Positions 1-9,873 are shown, numbered from the stretch's first letter. The stretch: 40,681 nt of DNA from Candidatus Dadabacteria bacterium (GCA_040289575.1 PSLL01000007.1:76918-117598); one strand, 5' to 3'. Notes: generated by a model from the letters alone, not told the origin. Translations and numbers: made by a program.

Positions 1-516
1 CGTGGCTCGTTCGAGTCGTCAGCAGCAGAACGACAATTAATAGGCCTCTTTGCTCTGCTGCCGCGCCTGGCAGACCACATCGACATTCCGATTATTGCCG
101 CGGGAGGAATTGGAGATGGTCGGGGTGTTGCTGCAGCGCTGATTCTTGGAGCAAGCGCGGTAATGATCGGAACAGCATTCTTGAGATGTCCGGAGGCGAA
201 AACCCACCGCGCCTGGGCCAATGCGCTGGATAATCTAGAACCGGAAGGCACGATGCTGACCCGCGTCTTCACGGGGCGACTGGGTCGGGCAATTGCCACC
301 GACTTTGTGAAGGCAGCGGCAGGACCAAACGCTCCGCCCCCAGCCCCCTATCCGGTGCAACGGGGTCTCACAGCACATATGAGGGAAGCAGGGGCTGCTG
401 CTGGCGACTACCACCGGATGCAGGTGTGGGCTGGGCAATCGGCGGCGATGGCCAAACCGATACCCGCGGGCGATCTGGTCGAGGAAATATGGAAGAAGGC
501 TCAGGCACTACTTTAA
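1..516 (+). CDS. Nitronate monooxygenase family flavoprotein (5' end outside window)
   Basis: Frame 1 is open from base 1: [43 protein letters not shown], then [10 protein letters not shown] and WAGQS, all typical of the NMO/2-nitropropane dioxygenase family. Confidence 0.9.
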   Translation, partial: RGSFESSAAERQLIGLFALLPRLADHIDIPIIAAGGIGDGRGVAAALILGASAVMIGTAFLRCPEAKTHRAWANALDNLEPEGTMLTRVFTGRLGRAIATDFVKAAAGPNAPPPAPYPVQRGLTAHMREAGAAAGDYHRMQVWAGQSAAMAKPIPAGDLVEEIWKKAQALL

Positions 517-558
517 GAGCGATGGGCGGTCCACTGCGCGGGTCACTGAAAATTGCCG

Positions 559-1575
559 TTATAGTCCGACTAGCTCCGGGACCTCGATTAAAGACGTGCC
601 CACTTTAGAAAAGAGATTTTTTATATCGCCTCTTGGGGGAGAATCCGTAAAGATATATTTAATTCTGCCTCCAAGTGCGCTTCTTAGTTTTTGGCTTGGC
701 GAACCCTTTCCCGAATTAGATATGATCTTCGAACATATATTTTCGAGACCACTTTTTGCTTCAAAAAGAACGGTGGGCTTTACTTCAAGAATATCCTCAA
801 AGAAATCCTCCTTGGTTTCTGCTATAGTAATTCGGATCCCCATATATACACCGAGATAATTCACAAACCTTTCAAACGAACCTACAGAGGGTAAGTAGGA
901 AAAGGCTTGGTCCTCTTCATTAATGAATGAAAGTCTCTCTGAAGCCATACGTATAGCCTCGACCAGATCTCGGTGTGTAACCTCCTTTTTGTTAATTCTC
1001 CCATCCGAATTGAAATTGTAGAAAACCACGGCTGGAGAGTTGGACAAAACGCCTTTTGCCGTTTTAGCCAACTCATCCTCAAGCCCCTTTCTCTTTATCG
1101 AGCCGAACTTAAGAATCCCTTTAAAAGGAATAACCTTTTCGTCTTCTCCAACACTAGAATCCGAAAAGGATATGATCTTTGCTAAACTCGGGATTTCATC
1201 CTTGATATTTCGGAATTTATTCAGTGTAGATTCCTCTCCTACAAATATAAACCTACTCTCTGAATCCCTGGCAATCCGGACTATCGCATCTTGAGATTCA
1301 TTCTCAGCAATTGGGATTGAAATCCCGCCAATGAGATAGATTGCAAATTCAGCACAAATAGATTCCGTTCGGTTCCCTGAGACCATTAAAGCGGTGTTCC
1401 CAGGAGCAAAACCCAAACTCATAAAAAACGAGGCGATATCCTTTATGATTTTTTCAAAGTCCAGCCATGTTATTTGTTTCCAGCTCCAGCCAACCTTATG
1501 TTGAAAGAGCGGCTTTCCGCCATATTTCTTAATACGGTTTGCTATCATACTAGGTATGTTTTTTTGTATGTCCAT
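559..1575 (-). CDS. Degenerate AMP-binding (long-chain acyl-CoA synthetase-like) protein, N-terminal domain only
   Basis: FadD-like segments (WKQITW, SGNRTE, GGISIPI, SYLP, LEVKPT, LGGRIKYI). The YTSGTTGxPKG and GYGxTE motifs and the C-terminal domain are missing. Confidence 0.7.
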   Translation of the reverse strand: MDIQKNIPSMIANRIKKYGGKPLFQHKVGWSWKQITWLDFEKIIKDIASFFMSLGFAPGNTALMVSGNRTESICAEFAIYLIGGISIPIAENESQDAIVRIARDSESRFIFVGEESTLNKFRNIKDEIPSLAKIISFSDSSVGEDEKVIPFKGILKFGSIKRKGLEDELAKTAKGVLSNSPAVVFYNFNSDGRINKKEVTHRDLVEAIRMASERLSFINEEDQAFSYLPSVGSFERFVNYLGVYMGIRITIAETKEDFFEDILEVKPTVLFEAKSGLENICSKIISNSGKGSPSQKLRSALGGRIKYIFTDSPPRGDIKNLFSKVGTSLIEVPELVGL

Positions 1576-1682
1576 GTCTTCTTAATTAGCCACAAACAGG
1601 CATGAATGAAAAAGCAAGATACACGATACGGCTTTAGCTAAACGGAATCGTAGTATACAATAAATATTCAGGATAAAAAACG

Positions 1683-3038
1683 ATGGCGAATGTATTTAGA
1701 CTGAAGCCCCTTCCCGACGGGCTATTCGAGACGGCAAAAAGTGTAGTCGGGCGCCTTAGAGCCTCAGGCTATAGGGCATTCTTTGTGGGTGGATGCGTAA
1801 GAGACACCATTATGGGAATTCCGCCCAAGGAGTATGACATTACTACCAATGCCAGGCCTGAAGAAATCATGGAGATTTTTTCAAACACGGTGCCCGTAGG
1901 GGCAAGCTTTGGCGTCGTTTTGGTTCTTGAGAACGGGTACAAATTTGAGGTCGCCACATTTAGACGGGATGAAAACTATTCCGATGGGAGGCACCCCGAC
2001 AGTGTAATCTATACATCCTCAGAACGGGAAGACGTAATGAGAAGGGATTTTACAATAAACGGCATACTCTATGACCCGATTACAGAAGAAGCCATTGACC
2101 ACGTCGGAGGCACCGAGGATATAGAAAAGGGCATAATTCGGACAATTGGAAACCCATATGAGAGATTTAATGAGGATAAACTCCGAATGATGAGGGCAGT
2201 GAGGTTTGGAGCCAGGTTTAAATATGAAATGGAAAAAGAAACCCTTCGGGCAATGAGAAAACTCGCCCCACTAATCTCACAAGTGAGTGTTGAAAGGACA
2301 AGGGATGAGATTGTGAAAATAATAAGCCAAAAAAATCCGGGATCCGGTCTCAGACTTCTAAGAGAAACCGGTCTCTTATTATATGTACTCCCTGAGATTG
2401 ACAAAATGCATGGTGTGCCTCAGCCCCCCGAGTTTCATCCCGAAGGTGATGTTTTTACACACACCTGTCTCGTGCTCGACAAGGTATTTGAAATTACAAA
2501 TGGGGAACCCTCTTTGGAACTATCCGTTGGAGCGCTTCTCCACGATGTTGGAAAACCCGATACCTTTAGTATTGAAGATAGGATCAGGTTCAATGGACAT
2601 GATAAAGTCGGGGCTGAATTGGCTGTGAGAATCTGCAGAAGGCTCAGGTTCTCGAACAAAGAGACTGAAAGAATAAAAGCCCTTGTTAGGGAGCATTTAA
2701 AGTTCAAAGATGTCTTCAATATGAAAGAGAGCACACTAAAACGCTTTATTGGAATGCCTCATTTTGAAGACCATCTCAGGCTCCACCTTGCTGATTGCCT
2801 CGCAAGCCACGGCTCAACCGAGGCCTATGATTTTGTAAAGAAAAAGCTCGATGAACTGAAAGAAGAGGATATAAAACCCAAGCCGATTCTCAGCGGCTAT
2901 GACCTGATTGAAATGGGATATAAGCCGGGTCCCATTTTCTCGGAGATTCTCGATTCATTAGAAGAGGCCCAACTTGAGGGAAATGTGAAGGACAGAGAAG
3001 AAGCAAAAAGGTTTGTGATTGAAAAATTTCCTGTTTAA
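1683..3038 (+). CDS. cca: CCA tRNA nucleotidyltransferase with HD domain
   Basis: VGGCVRD, EYDITT, EVATFR..DGRHP, RRDFTIN, EDKLRMMRAVRF. HD module HPEGDVFTH..LLHDVGKP. No poly(A) polymerase G[RK][RK]F signature. Confidence 0.88.
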   Translation: MANVFRLKPLPDGLFETAKSVVGRLRASGYRAFFVGGCVRDTIMGIPPKEYDITTNARPEEIMEIFSNTVPVGASFGVVLVLENGYKFEVATFRRDENYSDGRHPDSVIYTSSEREDVMRRDFTINGILYDPITEEAIDHVGGTEDIEKGIIRTIGNPYERFNEDKLRMMRAVRFGARFKYEMEKETLRAMRKLAPLISQVSVERTRDEIVKIISQKNPGSGLRLLRETGLLLYVLPEIDKMHGVPQPPEFHPEGDVFTHTCLVLDKVFEITNGEPSLELSVGALLHDVGKPDTFSIEDRIRFNGHDKVGAELAVRICRRLRFSNKETERIKALVREHLKFKDVFNMKESTLKRFIGMPHFEDHLRLHLADCLASHGSTEAYDFVKKKLDELKEEDIKPKPILSGYDLIEMGYKPGPIFSEILDSLEEAQLEGNVKDREEAKRFVIEKFPV

Positions 3039-3052
3039 CCCCCCTGACTGAA

Positions 3053-3460
3053 TTATCTGAATATCCCATAATTGAAATCTGAATAGACATACCATTTCCC
3101 TCCCTTTAGAATCCAAGGGTCTTCAAGGAGTACGGTCTTTTCAGAAACTGAGGGGTATTTATAGTAATTTATAGCAACCCTGACCAATCCTTTCTTTCCG
3201 TCTGGATCAAAAACTACTTCCCTTAATTCATAACTCGTAATGTTTAGATTATCTTTAGTCTCCATAATGAATTTTTCAAACTTTTCCCTTTTATCGGCAT
3301 CTACGAATACAGAAGCCCTATCATAATATTTCCACATAAGCATGTTGTAATAGGTCGAAGAGGTTTCTTTAAGCAGCTGATCCTTCCCAGTGAACAACCC
3401 GCCGGTATAACAATCCATCAGGAAAATAGGCAGAACAGTTAAAGCAATGCTAATTCTCAT
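3053..3460 (-). CDS. Hypothetical exported protein / possible lipoprotein
   Basis: Hydrophobic N-terminus followed by Cys18. 135-aa ORF ending W..xxGKWYV, as in NTF2-like lipoproteins. Confidence 0.65.
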   Translation of the reverse strand: MRISIALTVLPIFLMDCYTGGLFTGKDQLLKETSSTYYNMLMWKYYDRASVFVDADKREKFEKFIMETKDNLNITSYELREVVFDPDGKKGLVRVAINYYKYPSVSEKTVLLEDPWILKGGKWYVYSDFNYGIFR

Positions 3461-3565
3461 CGGATCGGTTAATCATATTACAGTTTCTATGGAAAGTCTA
3501 TATATGCGCTGGTTCCGGGCAAGTGAGATGAAATAATATAATGGAATATTCCTACGACCTTAGTA

Positions 3566-4009
3566 CTAGAAATGGGTTTTAGAAATACTCTTACCGAAGT
3601 TAAGGATAAGATTCAGTCTATTATTAATACCGAGTTTTCTAAATATGTTCCTTATGTGATTCTTTACTGTATTTTCACTGATAAAGAGCTTATCGGCAAT
3701 TGGCTTGTTACGGTAGCCCTGAACAATAAGATTTAGAATCTCCTCTTCTCTCTTTGTGAGCTTAGGTTTTATAATCAATGTCTCCTCTCTTGGAGCTAAA
3801 ACTCGTCTCATAACTTTTGTTAGAATCCTTCTTTCAGCCCAAATCTCATCTCTGCTTATTGCCCTAATTGCTTGAATGAGGTGCTTTGTGCCTGATGTGG
3901 CTGTTAAGTATCCCTGAACACCTAAAGAGAGGACATTTATAATGGTTTCTTCATCCAGGGTATGTAGCAATAAAAGTATCTTTGTCTCAAGGCCCTTTTC
4001 TCCGACCGA
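3566..4009 (-). pseudogene. NarL/LuxR-family response regulator lacking the N-terminal half of its receiver domain
   Basis: LuxR HTH LTKREEEIL..G..NK.IADKLFISENTVKNHIRNIFRKLG. Frame is open from 4009 (SVGEKGLETKILLLLHTLDEE..GVQGYL) with a TAA just upstream and no phospho-Asp region. Confidence 0.75.
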
Positions 4010-4653
4010 TTAATACTTGAAGCTATATCTACGGCAACCTCCTCTTTGAGTACCTTAGTTAATAGGTTCACAGTGAGGGAATGGGTCTCTTCATTTATTA
4101 TATTGAATACCTCCCCTAAATCCTTACCTAAAGCCTCCTCATACCTCCACCCAGTCATCCTCTCAGCAACCGGATTCATAAATGTTATGACCCCATAAGT
4201 ATCAGTCGTAATTACACCATCCCCTATGCTCTTGAGTGTTGTGTTAAGCCATTGCTCACTCTCCTTTAACCTCCTCTCCATCTTATGCTTGTATAGAGCC
4301 ATCTCTATTGTGGTGCGTAAGTCCCTCTCCTCAAATGGCTTTAGTATATAACCATTTGGCTCTGTTATCTTAGCCCTCTGAACTGTACTATCGTCTGAAT
4401 AAGCACTGAGATATATCACAGGGATATTGAAACGAGCGCGTATCTCCCTGGTAGCTTCTATCCCATCCATATCCCCTTCCAAAACAATATCCATAAGGAC
4501 TAAGTCTGGATGGGTCTTTTGTGCCTTAGAGATGGCTTGCTCCCCCGAGGAGGCAATGGCACAGACGTCGTATCCCAATCTCTTGAGGGTGTCTTGTATA
4601 TCCTCAGATATGATGCCTTCATCCTCAACTACCAGTATCCGTGCTCCAGCCAA
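3937..4653 (-). pseudogene. Receiver-PAS protein truncated within the PAS domain
   Basis: ILVVEDE, DLVLMDI, YILKPF receiver, then TLKSIGDGVITTD..MNPVAERMTGW PAS. Similarity stops near 4020 with no PAC or output domain. Confidence 0.7.
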
Positions 4654-4896
4654 TTATTCTGTCCTCTTAAATAATTGATGATTACAGCTTAAATCAAAAA
4701 GTAAAGTCAATAGATAGGCAACGTTCACCAAACACCGGTAATATCATAGAATATCCCTAAGCTAATTATAATTCTTTTAGCTTTCCCTGCAAACTTTCAA
4801 ATAGAGTTTGATCGGTAAGAGAAGCATTCGGTCTTTGAAAATTATATGTGTTCTCCACTCTTCACATTCGAGATTGGAGAAAGCATATCGAGGCAA

Positions 4897-4918
4897 GCGG
4901 GGCTAGAAACCCCGCCTA
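4897..4918 (-). repeat. REP-like palindrome downstream of atpE (possible terminator)
   Basis: Minus strand TAGGCGGGGTTTCTAGCCCCGC, stem GCGGGG/CCCCGC. Confidence 0.55.
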
Positions 4919-4999
4919 TTCCCCTTAATATCTCATTTGGCTAAGTTTAGATAATGGGAAAGCAATGGGCAGTATGTTGTGTTTTCCCTACCCTCCCGA

Positions 5000-5320
5000 T
5001 TAAATCTTTGCCTGAAGTAAAAATGTAATAGCGAGAGCGTAAATGACAAGAGACTCGATAAGAGCAAGGCCGATAATCATAGGAGTTAAAATCTTTGCCG
5101 AGGCTCCGGGATTTCTTGCAATCCCGCTCAGTGCCGCTGCAACGGCGCGCCCCTGACCCAAGCCGCCGATACCGGCCGCAATCCCTATTCCTAATCCGCT
5201 GCCCAGAGCAAGCCCAGTCTTTGCCAGATCGCCGGCTCCTTCTGCGGCAAATGCCTGAGGAACAAACACCGCTAAAAGGGCAATTCCCAACATGCCAAAT
5301 ACCGAGAAAATCCTTTTCAT
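5000..5320 (-). CDS. atpE: ATP synthase F0 subunit c
   Basis: GxGxG-rich helix with GLGQG, ARNP loop, IESLVIY carrying the conserved Glu. GGAGGT RBS upstream. Signal-peptide-like N-terminal extension. Confidence 0.97.
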   Translation of the reverse strand: MKRIFSVFGMLGIALLAVFVPQAFAAEGAGDLAKTGLALGSGLGIGIAAGIGGLGQGRAVAAALSGIARNPGASAKILTPMIIGLALIESLVIYALAITFLLQAKI

Positions 5321-5444
5321 TTTTCACCTCCTTCGAATTAAATGAGTCCAGCAATTAATCTTAGACAAGAACACAAATATATACGAACAGAAGAATTCAT
5401 CACTATTTCTCCCCCGTATTCTGTGTCCTATATCCTACATTCCA

Positions 5445-6134
5445 CTAATGCTCATGTGCCACTGAAAGCGATATATATATTGCCGAAAGAACAGTAAATA
5501 TAAATGCCTGGAGAACAGAGACAAAAAGTCCAAGAGCAATAAAGAGCGCGGGAATTAGAAGATGCGTAAGATTGGTAAAGATTCCCAAAACTAGATGGTC
5601 TCCCGTCATATTCCAGAAAAGCCTGAGAGAAAGGGATACGGGACGAACAAAATGGCTTACAAGCTCAATTATAAACATAAGAGGAGCAATATAGATCAAG
5701 GGACCCGCAAACTGCTTTAAATAGCCTAAACCGTGCTCTTTAAACCCATAGTAGTTATACATAACAAATATCACAAGCGCGCAGGCAACAGGGGTATTGA
5801 AGTTCCCCGTAGGCGGAAGAAACCCGGGAATAAGACCGAGAAGATTTGCAAAAAGAATGAATATGAAACTCGTTCCAAGAAGGGGGAAATACCTCTTGGC
5901 CTTCTCGCGCGACCCCATCATGCTCGTAAATAGGTCGAGGAGAAAATCTATAGTCAGAATTTCAAAGACGTTTCTTAAAGATAGTTTCTCATCGGGAAGA
6001 ACCGAGCCTTCCTTAGAGAGGTTCTGCTTTATCTTATATCCGGCAAATATTAAAAAGAGGACCACTAAAACCGCGCCTAAGACGTGGTCATAGCGCCCCA
6101 GTCCAAATAACGTAAACCAGCTAAAGTGCTCCAT
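5445..6134 (-). CDS. atpB: ATP synthase F0 subunit a
   Basis: ANLLGLIPG..PT.NFN, IELVSHFVRPVSLSLRLFWNM, LQAFIFTVLSAIYI. Confidence 0.96.
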   Translation of the reverse strand: MEHFSWFTLFGLGRYDHVLGAVLVVLFLIFAGYKIKQNLSKEGSVLPDEKLSLRNVFEILTIDFLLDLFTSMMGSREKAKRYFPLLGTSFIFILFANLLGLIPGFLPPTGNFNTPVACALVIFVMYNYYGFKEHGLGYLKQFAGPLIYIAPLMFIIELVSHFVRPVSLSLRLFWNMTGDHLVLGIFTNLTHLLIPALFIALGLFVSVLQAFIFTVLSAIYISLSVAHEH

Positions 6135-6504
6135 CTTTATCGCCTCTTAATCCCTCTCCAATGATAACTATTACTACGCCCACGACCCCTATAAGAAAGC
6201 CGTATATATTCAGCTTCACAAACATAAAAAGAGAAACAACTACCCCAATGAGTATTGCCATCTTAATTAAGATGGCAAATACGCTAAAACCCCTTGAATA
6301 GCCTCCTCCGATAAGGGCATTAACTATCAATTTAATTGATAAAAAGTTTAAAAGAACCAATCCTCCTCCCACTGCGGCTCCAAAAGAGAGATCGCGCGAG
6401 CCTATGAGGGCGTTTATTGACATGAGAATTGCGGTGACAATAAGCCCCTGCTTCTCTACCCTACCTAATTTCAGTGCCTTTATCGGTTTCGTTACCGTCG
6501 TCAT
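6121..6504 (-). CDS. atpI: ATP synthase protein I (4-TM)
   Basis: Hydrophobic 127-aa ORF directly upstream of atpB with GG..LLNF motif. Confidence 0.8.
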   Translation of the reverse strand: MTTVTKPIKALKLGRVEKQGLIVTAILMSINALIGSRDLSFGAAVGGGLVLLNFLSIKLIVNALIGGGYSRGFSVFAILIKMAILIGVVVSLFMFVKLNIYGFLIGVVGVVIVIIGEGLRGDKDGAL

Positions 6505-6766
6505 TTTTTCTTTTTATTATACTCATGAGTAGACCAAATCCCGCAACCACCCCGCCTATAAGCCCAATGAAGGTAAACCAGGGTGTCTTCGTTCCAATCC
6601 ATTTATCAACAAAATGGCCCAGTATAAGCCCCGATATAACAGAAAATGCTAATTCTGTTCCTATCACAAAATACTTGAGCCATACTAAATCTTTTCCCCC
6701 TTTAACCTTAATCCGCCTCCACAAGTAAGAGTTGATAATTGGCGACTTATAGTGATCAATAGTCAA
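6461..6766 (-). CDS. AtpZ/AtpI-family 2-TM protein (start uncertain)
   Basis: IGTELAFSVISGLILGHFVDKWIGTKTPWFTFIGLIGG is the AtpZ/gene-1 signature. GGAGG at about 6716-6720 suggests a start downstream of the ORF-track start. Confidence 0.85.
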   Translation of the reverse strand: MTIDHYKSPIINSYLWRRIKVKGGKDLVWLKYFVIGTELAFSVISGLILGHFVDKWIGTKTPWFTFIGLIGGVVAGFGLLMSIIKRKNDDGNETDKGTEIR

Positions 6767-6786
6767 GAACCCTCAACTGCTAACCT

Positions 6787-8082
6787 TCAACTATTAACAT
6801 TTTTTAAAGCACTATAAGCAGCTTCAAGCGTCATATCTAATTCTCTCTCAGTATGCGCAAGTGAAAGAAATAGAGCCTCAAACTGAGATGGTGGAAACAT
6901 AATACCACCTGAGAGCATCCTTTTAAAGAATCTCGAGTACATTCTCGTGTCTGAACTGAGTGCAGATTCATAATCAACCACCTCGCGTCCCGTAAAAAAC
7001 AGGGTGAACATAGAACCTGCAGAATTTATCTGTGCTTTAATGCCCAGCTTTTTTAGTATCCCTCTAAGCCCTTGAACGATATACTCAGTTAATTCACCCA
7101 ATCTCTTATAGGTTTCCTTATCCTTAAGCCTGTTCAGTGTCGCAATCCCCGCCGCCATTGCAAGGGGATTTCCAGAGAGGGTCCCGGCATGGTACACAGG
7201 GCCAATTGGAGAGACCAGGCTCATTATCTCCTTTCTCCCCCCATAAGCTCCCACGGGAAGCCCACCCCCTATGATTTTTCCAAGACACGTAATATCGGGC
7301 ATAACACCATAGTTTTTCTGCGCTCCGCCTAGGCTCAATCTAAATCCAGTAATGACCTCATCAAAGATAAGGAGCGCGCCTGAGTCTTCGGTAATTTTCC
7401 TTAAGCCCTCTAGAAAACCTTCTTTGGGCGGCACGACACCCATATTTGCAGCAACCGGTTCAACCAAGATACAGGCAATATTACTTCCGTGTTCGGCAAA
7501 AAGCCTATCTACAGATTGAAGGTGGTTGTATCTGGCAAGAAGGGTATTTTTCGTAAAATCCTGAGGAACCCCCGGACTGCTCGGAATCCCGAATGTCGTC
7601 GCCCCAGAGCCAGCCTTGACGAGAAGATAATCGGCGTGTCCGTGATAACACCCCTCGAATTTGACTATTAAATCACGTCTCGTATAAGCCCTAGCAAGCC
7701 TGACTGCGCTCATTGTGGCTTCCGTACCTGAGCTTGTCATCCGCACAAGGTCAATCGAGGGGAATGATTTCACAACAAGCCTTGCAAGCTCAACCTCTTT
7801 TTTACATGGAGCACCATAAGTCGTTCCATTTTCTGCCGCCCTTTTTATGGCCCTTATAACATCAGGATGAGCGTGTCCCAGAATGAGAGGGCCCCATGAG
7901 GCTACGTAATCTATGTATCTGTTTCCATCCTCATCATAAACCCAGGCACCTTTAGCTTTTGAAATAAAAACAGGAGTACCTTCTACAGCCCTAAATGAGC
8001 GAACGGGGCTATTTACACCGCCAGGCATAAGGTGCTCTGCAGCCCTGTAGAGTCTCCTTGATCTTTTGGTTTGTAATTCCAT
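6787..8082 (-). CDS. hemL: Glutamate-1-semialdehyde 2,1-aminomutase
   Basis: MPGGVNSPVRSF, SSGTEATMSA, FEGCYHGH, FDEVITGFR, GKIIGGGLPVGAYGG, GTLSGNP. Confidence 0.97.
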   Translation of the reverse strand: MELQTKRSRRLYRAAEHLMPGGVNSPVRSFRAVEGTPVFISKAKGAWVYDEDGNRYIDYVASWGPLILGHAHPDVIRAIKRAAENGTTYGAPCKKEVELARLVVKSFPSIDLVRMTSSGTEATMSAVRLARAYTRRDLIVKFEGCYHGHADYLLVKAGSGATTFGIPSSPGVPQDFTKNTLLARYNHLQSVDRLFAEHGSNIACILVEPVAANMGVVPPKEGFLEGLRKITEDSGALLIFDEVITGFRLSLGGAQKNYGVMPDITCLGKIIGGGLPVGAYGGRKEIMSLVSPIGPVYHAGTLSGNPLAMAAGIATLNRLKDKETYKRLGELTEYIVQGLRGILKKLGIKAQINSAGSMFTLFFTGREVVDYESALSSDTRMYSRFFKRMLSGGIMFPPSQFEALFLSLAHTERELDMTLEAAYSALKNVNS

Positions 8083-8289
8083 TTCTACCTTCTTGACTTG
8101 GGCGGGAGCAAAAAACGGGAAATATTTAACATGGAGCAGGAAAAATTGTCAAGAATCTCCACAATTGGATGGATAAACTAACAAGTAGGACTAATGTGAA
8201 AATAAGTCTGTTGGCTTTACTACAAATCATCTAAAAAGCAATCCTATAGTCTCCCCCCCACGCTGGTAAATAGGCGCAGATATATAGAG

Positions 8290-8315
8290 AGGGGCGGTTG
8301 GGAAACCGCCCCTAC
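8290..8315 (-). repeat. GTAG-type REP-like palindrome downstream of the pal-cpoB-pal operon
   Basis: Minus strand GTAGGGGCGGTTTCCCAACCGCCCCT, 10-bp stem. Confidence 0.7.
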
Positions 8316-8344
8316 CCTTTCTAGTTACTTTCTTTATAGAGCTC

Positions 8345-9091
8345 TCATAGAGCAGGCTTGCTCTCGTCGTTAAATTTGAAGAAGATCCTCGCTCCCGGCG
8401 AAGCTCCCGGCTTCGTTGGAATGAAATGGGCTCTTCTATTTAGCTGGAAAGCCTCCTCAGTGCTTCCGGCAGCAAATTTCGAGGTCTCTCCTCTACTTAC
8501 AGCCTGTATTCTGCTGGGGTCAATTCCAAGCTTAACCAGATACGCCTTCGTAGCATTGGCTCTTCTCTGTGCTAGTCTCAGGTTATATGCACTTGTACCT
8601 CTTATGTCCGCATATCCCTCGATTACTATAGTGACATTCGGATTCTTCTTTAAGATTTCGGCGTCCTCTTGAAGCACAGGTTCAGCATCCGGCCTGATAT
8701 TGTATTTATCAAAATCAAAGAATATATCTTTAAGTCCAAATTCCTCTACAGTCGGCGCTGGAGGCGGTGGAACTGGGGCAGGAGCTTTCTTTGAAGCAAG
8801 GCACTTAAACCGAGCCTCATCGGCCTTTGCCTTCGCATCAATAAGAGCTCTGCGCGCCTCTAGCTCATGACAGAACTCACCTGCAAGAGCCTTCCCCCTA
8901 GCCAACGCACTCTGTGCGGCTGCAAATTCATCCGGAGCGCAGTCGGGCGCTCCCGCTTCCTTTGCCGCGGCGACTGCCGATTCGGCTTCGCCAACCTCCT
9001 TTGTTGGAGGAGGAGTTGCACAGCTTACAAGATAAAGCAATACAGCAATCACTAACGGAAAGACACTGAGAAATAACTTGTCATTTCTCAT
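8345..9091 (-). CDS. DUF4398-OmpA/Pal peptidoglycan-binding lipoprotein
   Basis: Lipobox LVSC, Ala-rich helical DUF4398-like region (AKEAGA..AP.EF), then DIFFDFDK..IEGYADIRG...YNL.LAQRRA..NRRA. Confidence 0.9.
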   Translation of the reverse strand: MRNDKLFLSVFPLVIAVLLYLVSCATPPPTKEVGEAESAVAAAKEAGAPDCAPDEFAAAQSALARGKALAGEFCHELEARRALIDAKAKADEARFKCLASKKAPAPVPPPPAPTVEEFGLKDIFFDFDKYNIRPDAEPVLQEDAEILKKNPNVTIVIEGYADIRGTSAYNLRLAQRRANATKAYLVKLGIDPSRIQAVSRGETSKFAAGSTEEAFQLNRRAHFIPTKPGASPGARIFFKFNDESKPAL

Positions 9092-9144
9092 CCTACTGTA
9101 CCTCCTTTAAGGTTATTGTTATTTATTAAATCCTATTTACACCC

Positions 9145-9873
9145 TCAACGCTTTTCTCCACCAAGGGCGGCTAACTTCTCCCGTGCTACCTTGGCCTCCT
9201 GCGATTTTGGGAACTTATCAATAAGAGTCTGAAGAAAAAGCCTCGCCTCTTCTTTTCTCCCAATATTAATAAGCGAAAGCCCCTGTTTTAGATAAGAAAG
9301 CGGAACCCTGCTGTCCTTTGGATAAGTATCAATAAATTTCTGAAATGCGAGGATTGCTTCCTCAAAGCTCCCTTGTCTATAGTAGGATTCCGCAAGCCAG
9401 TACTGCGCGTCGGAAGCCTTGGCAGAATTCGGATACCTGCTAAGGAAAAGCTTAAAGTGGTCTCTTGCGTCTTTATATCTGCCTTCGGTCAGGCTCTTGT
9501 AGCCTTCATTAAATAGGGCTTCTTCACTGCTAACAGCTGTAGGAGCCACTCCGCCCACCGCAGGTACTTCAGGTTGAGAGGGAAGGCTCGAAATCTCTTC
9601 GCTCCTCTTCTCTAACCTGTTTAATCTTTCACTTATATCCGAATTAGATTGCTCCATATCCCTTAATCTCTGTTCAATCTGTGCAATCCGCTGCCTAAGA
9701 TCGCTGTCATTTGTAGATTGAGCCTTTAGCGCTCCAACCTCTTGAGATAATTGCGCCACTCTGGCCTCAAGCCTAGCCTGTCTCCCGTATATCCCCCTCA
9801 CATCCTCTTGGGAGGCAACACATCCAGATAAGACAACAAAAATAGATAAAACAAAAATGGACTTGAGTTTCAA
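9145..9873 (-). CDS. cpoB: Tol-Pal system coiled-coil/TPR protein CpoB (YbgF)
   Basis: Lipobox LSGC, coiled coil, TPRs with YPNS..A..AQYWLAESYY and YPKDSRVP.SYLKQG. Adjacent to pal homologues. Confidence 0.92.
   Translation of the reverse strand: MKLKSIFVLSIFVVLSGCVASQEDVRGIYGRQARLEARVAQLSQEVGALKAQSTNDSDLRQRIAQIEQRLRDMEQSNSDISERLNRLEKRSEEISSLPSQPEVPAVGGVAPTAVSSEEALFNEGYKSLTEGRYKDARDHFKLFLSRYPNSAKASDAQYWLAESYYRQGSFEEAILAFQKFIDTYPKDSRVPLSYLKQGLSLINIGRKEEARLFLQTLIDKFPKSQEAKVAREKLAALGGEKR

Noticed and set aside
1683..3038. Poly(A) polymerase or CC-only enzyme assignment
   Set aside because: The PAP G[RK][RK]F signature is absent and the DGRHP flexible loop is present, which favours a CCA-adding enzyme.
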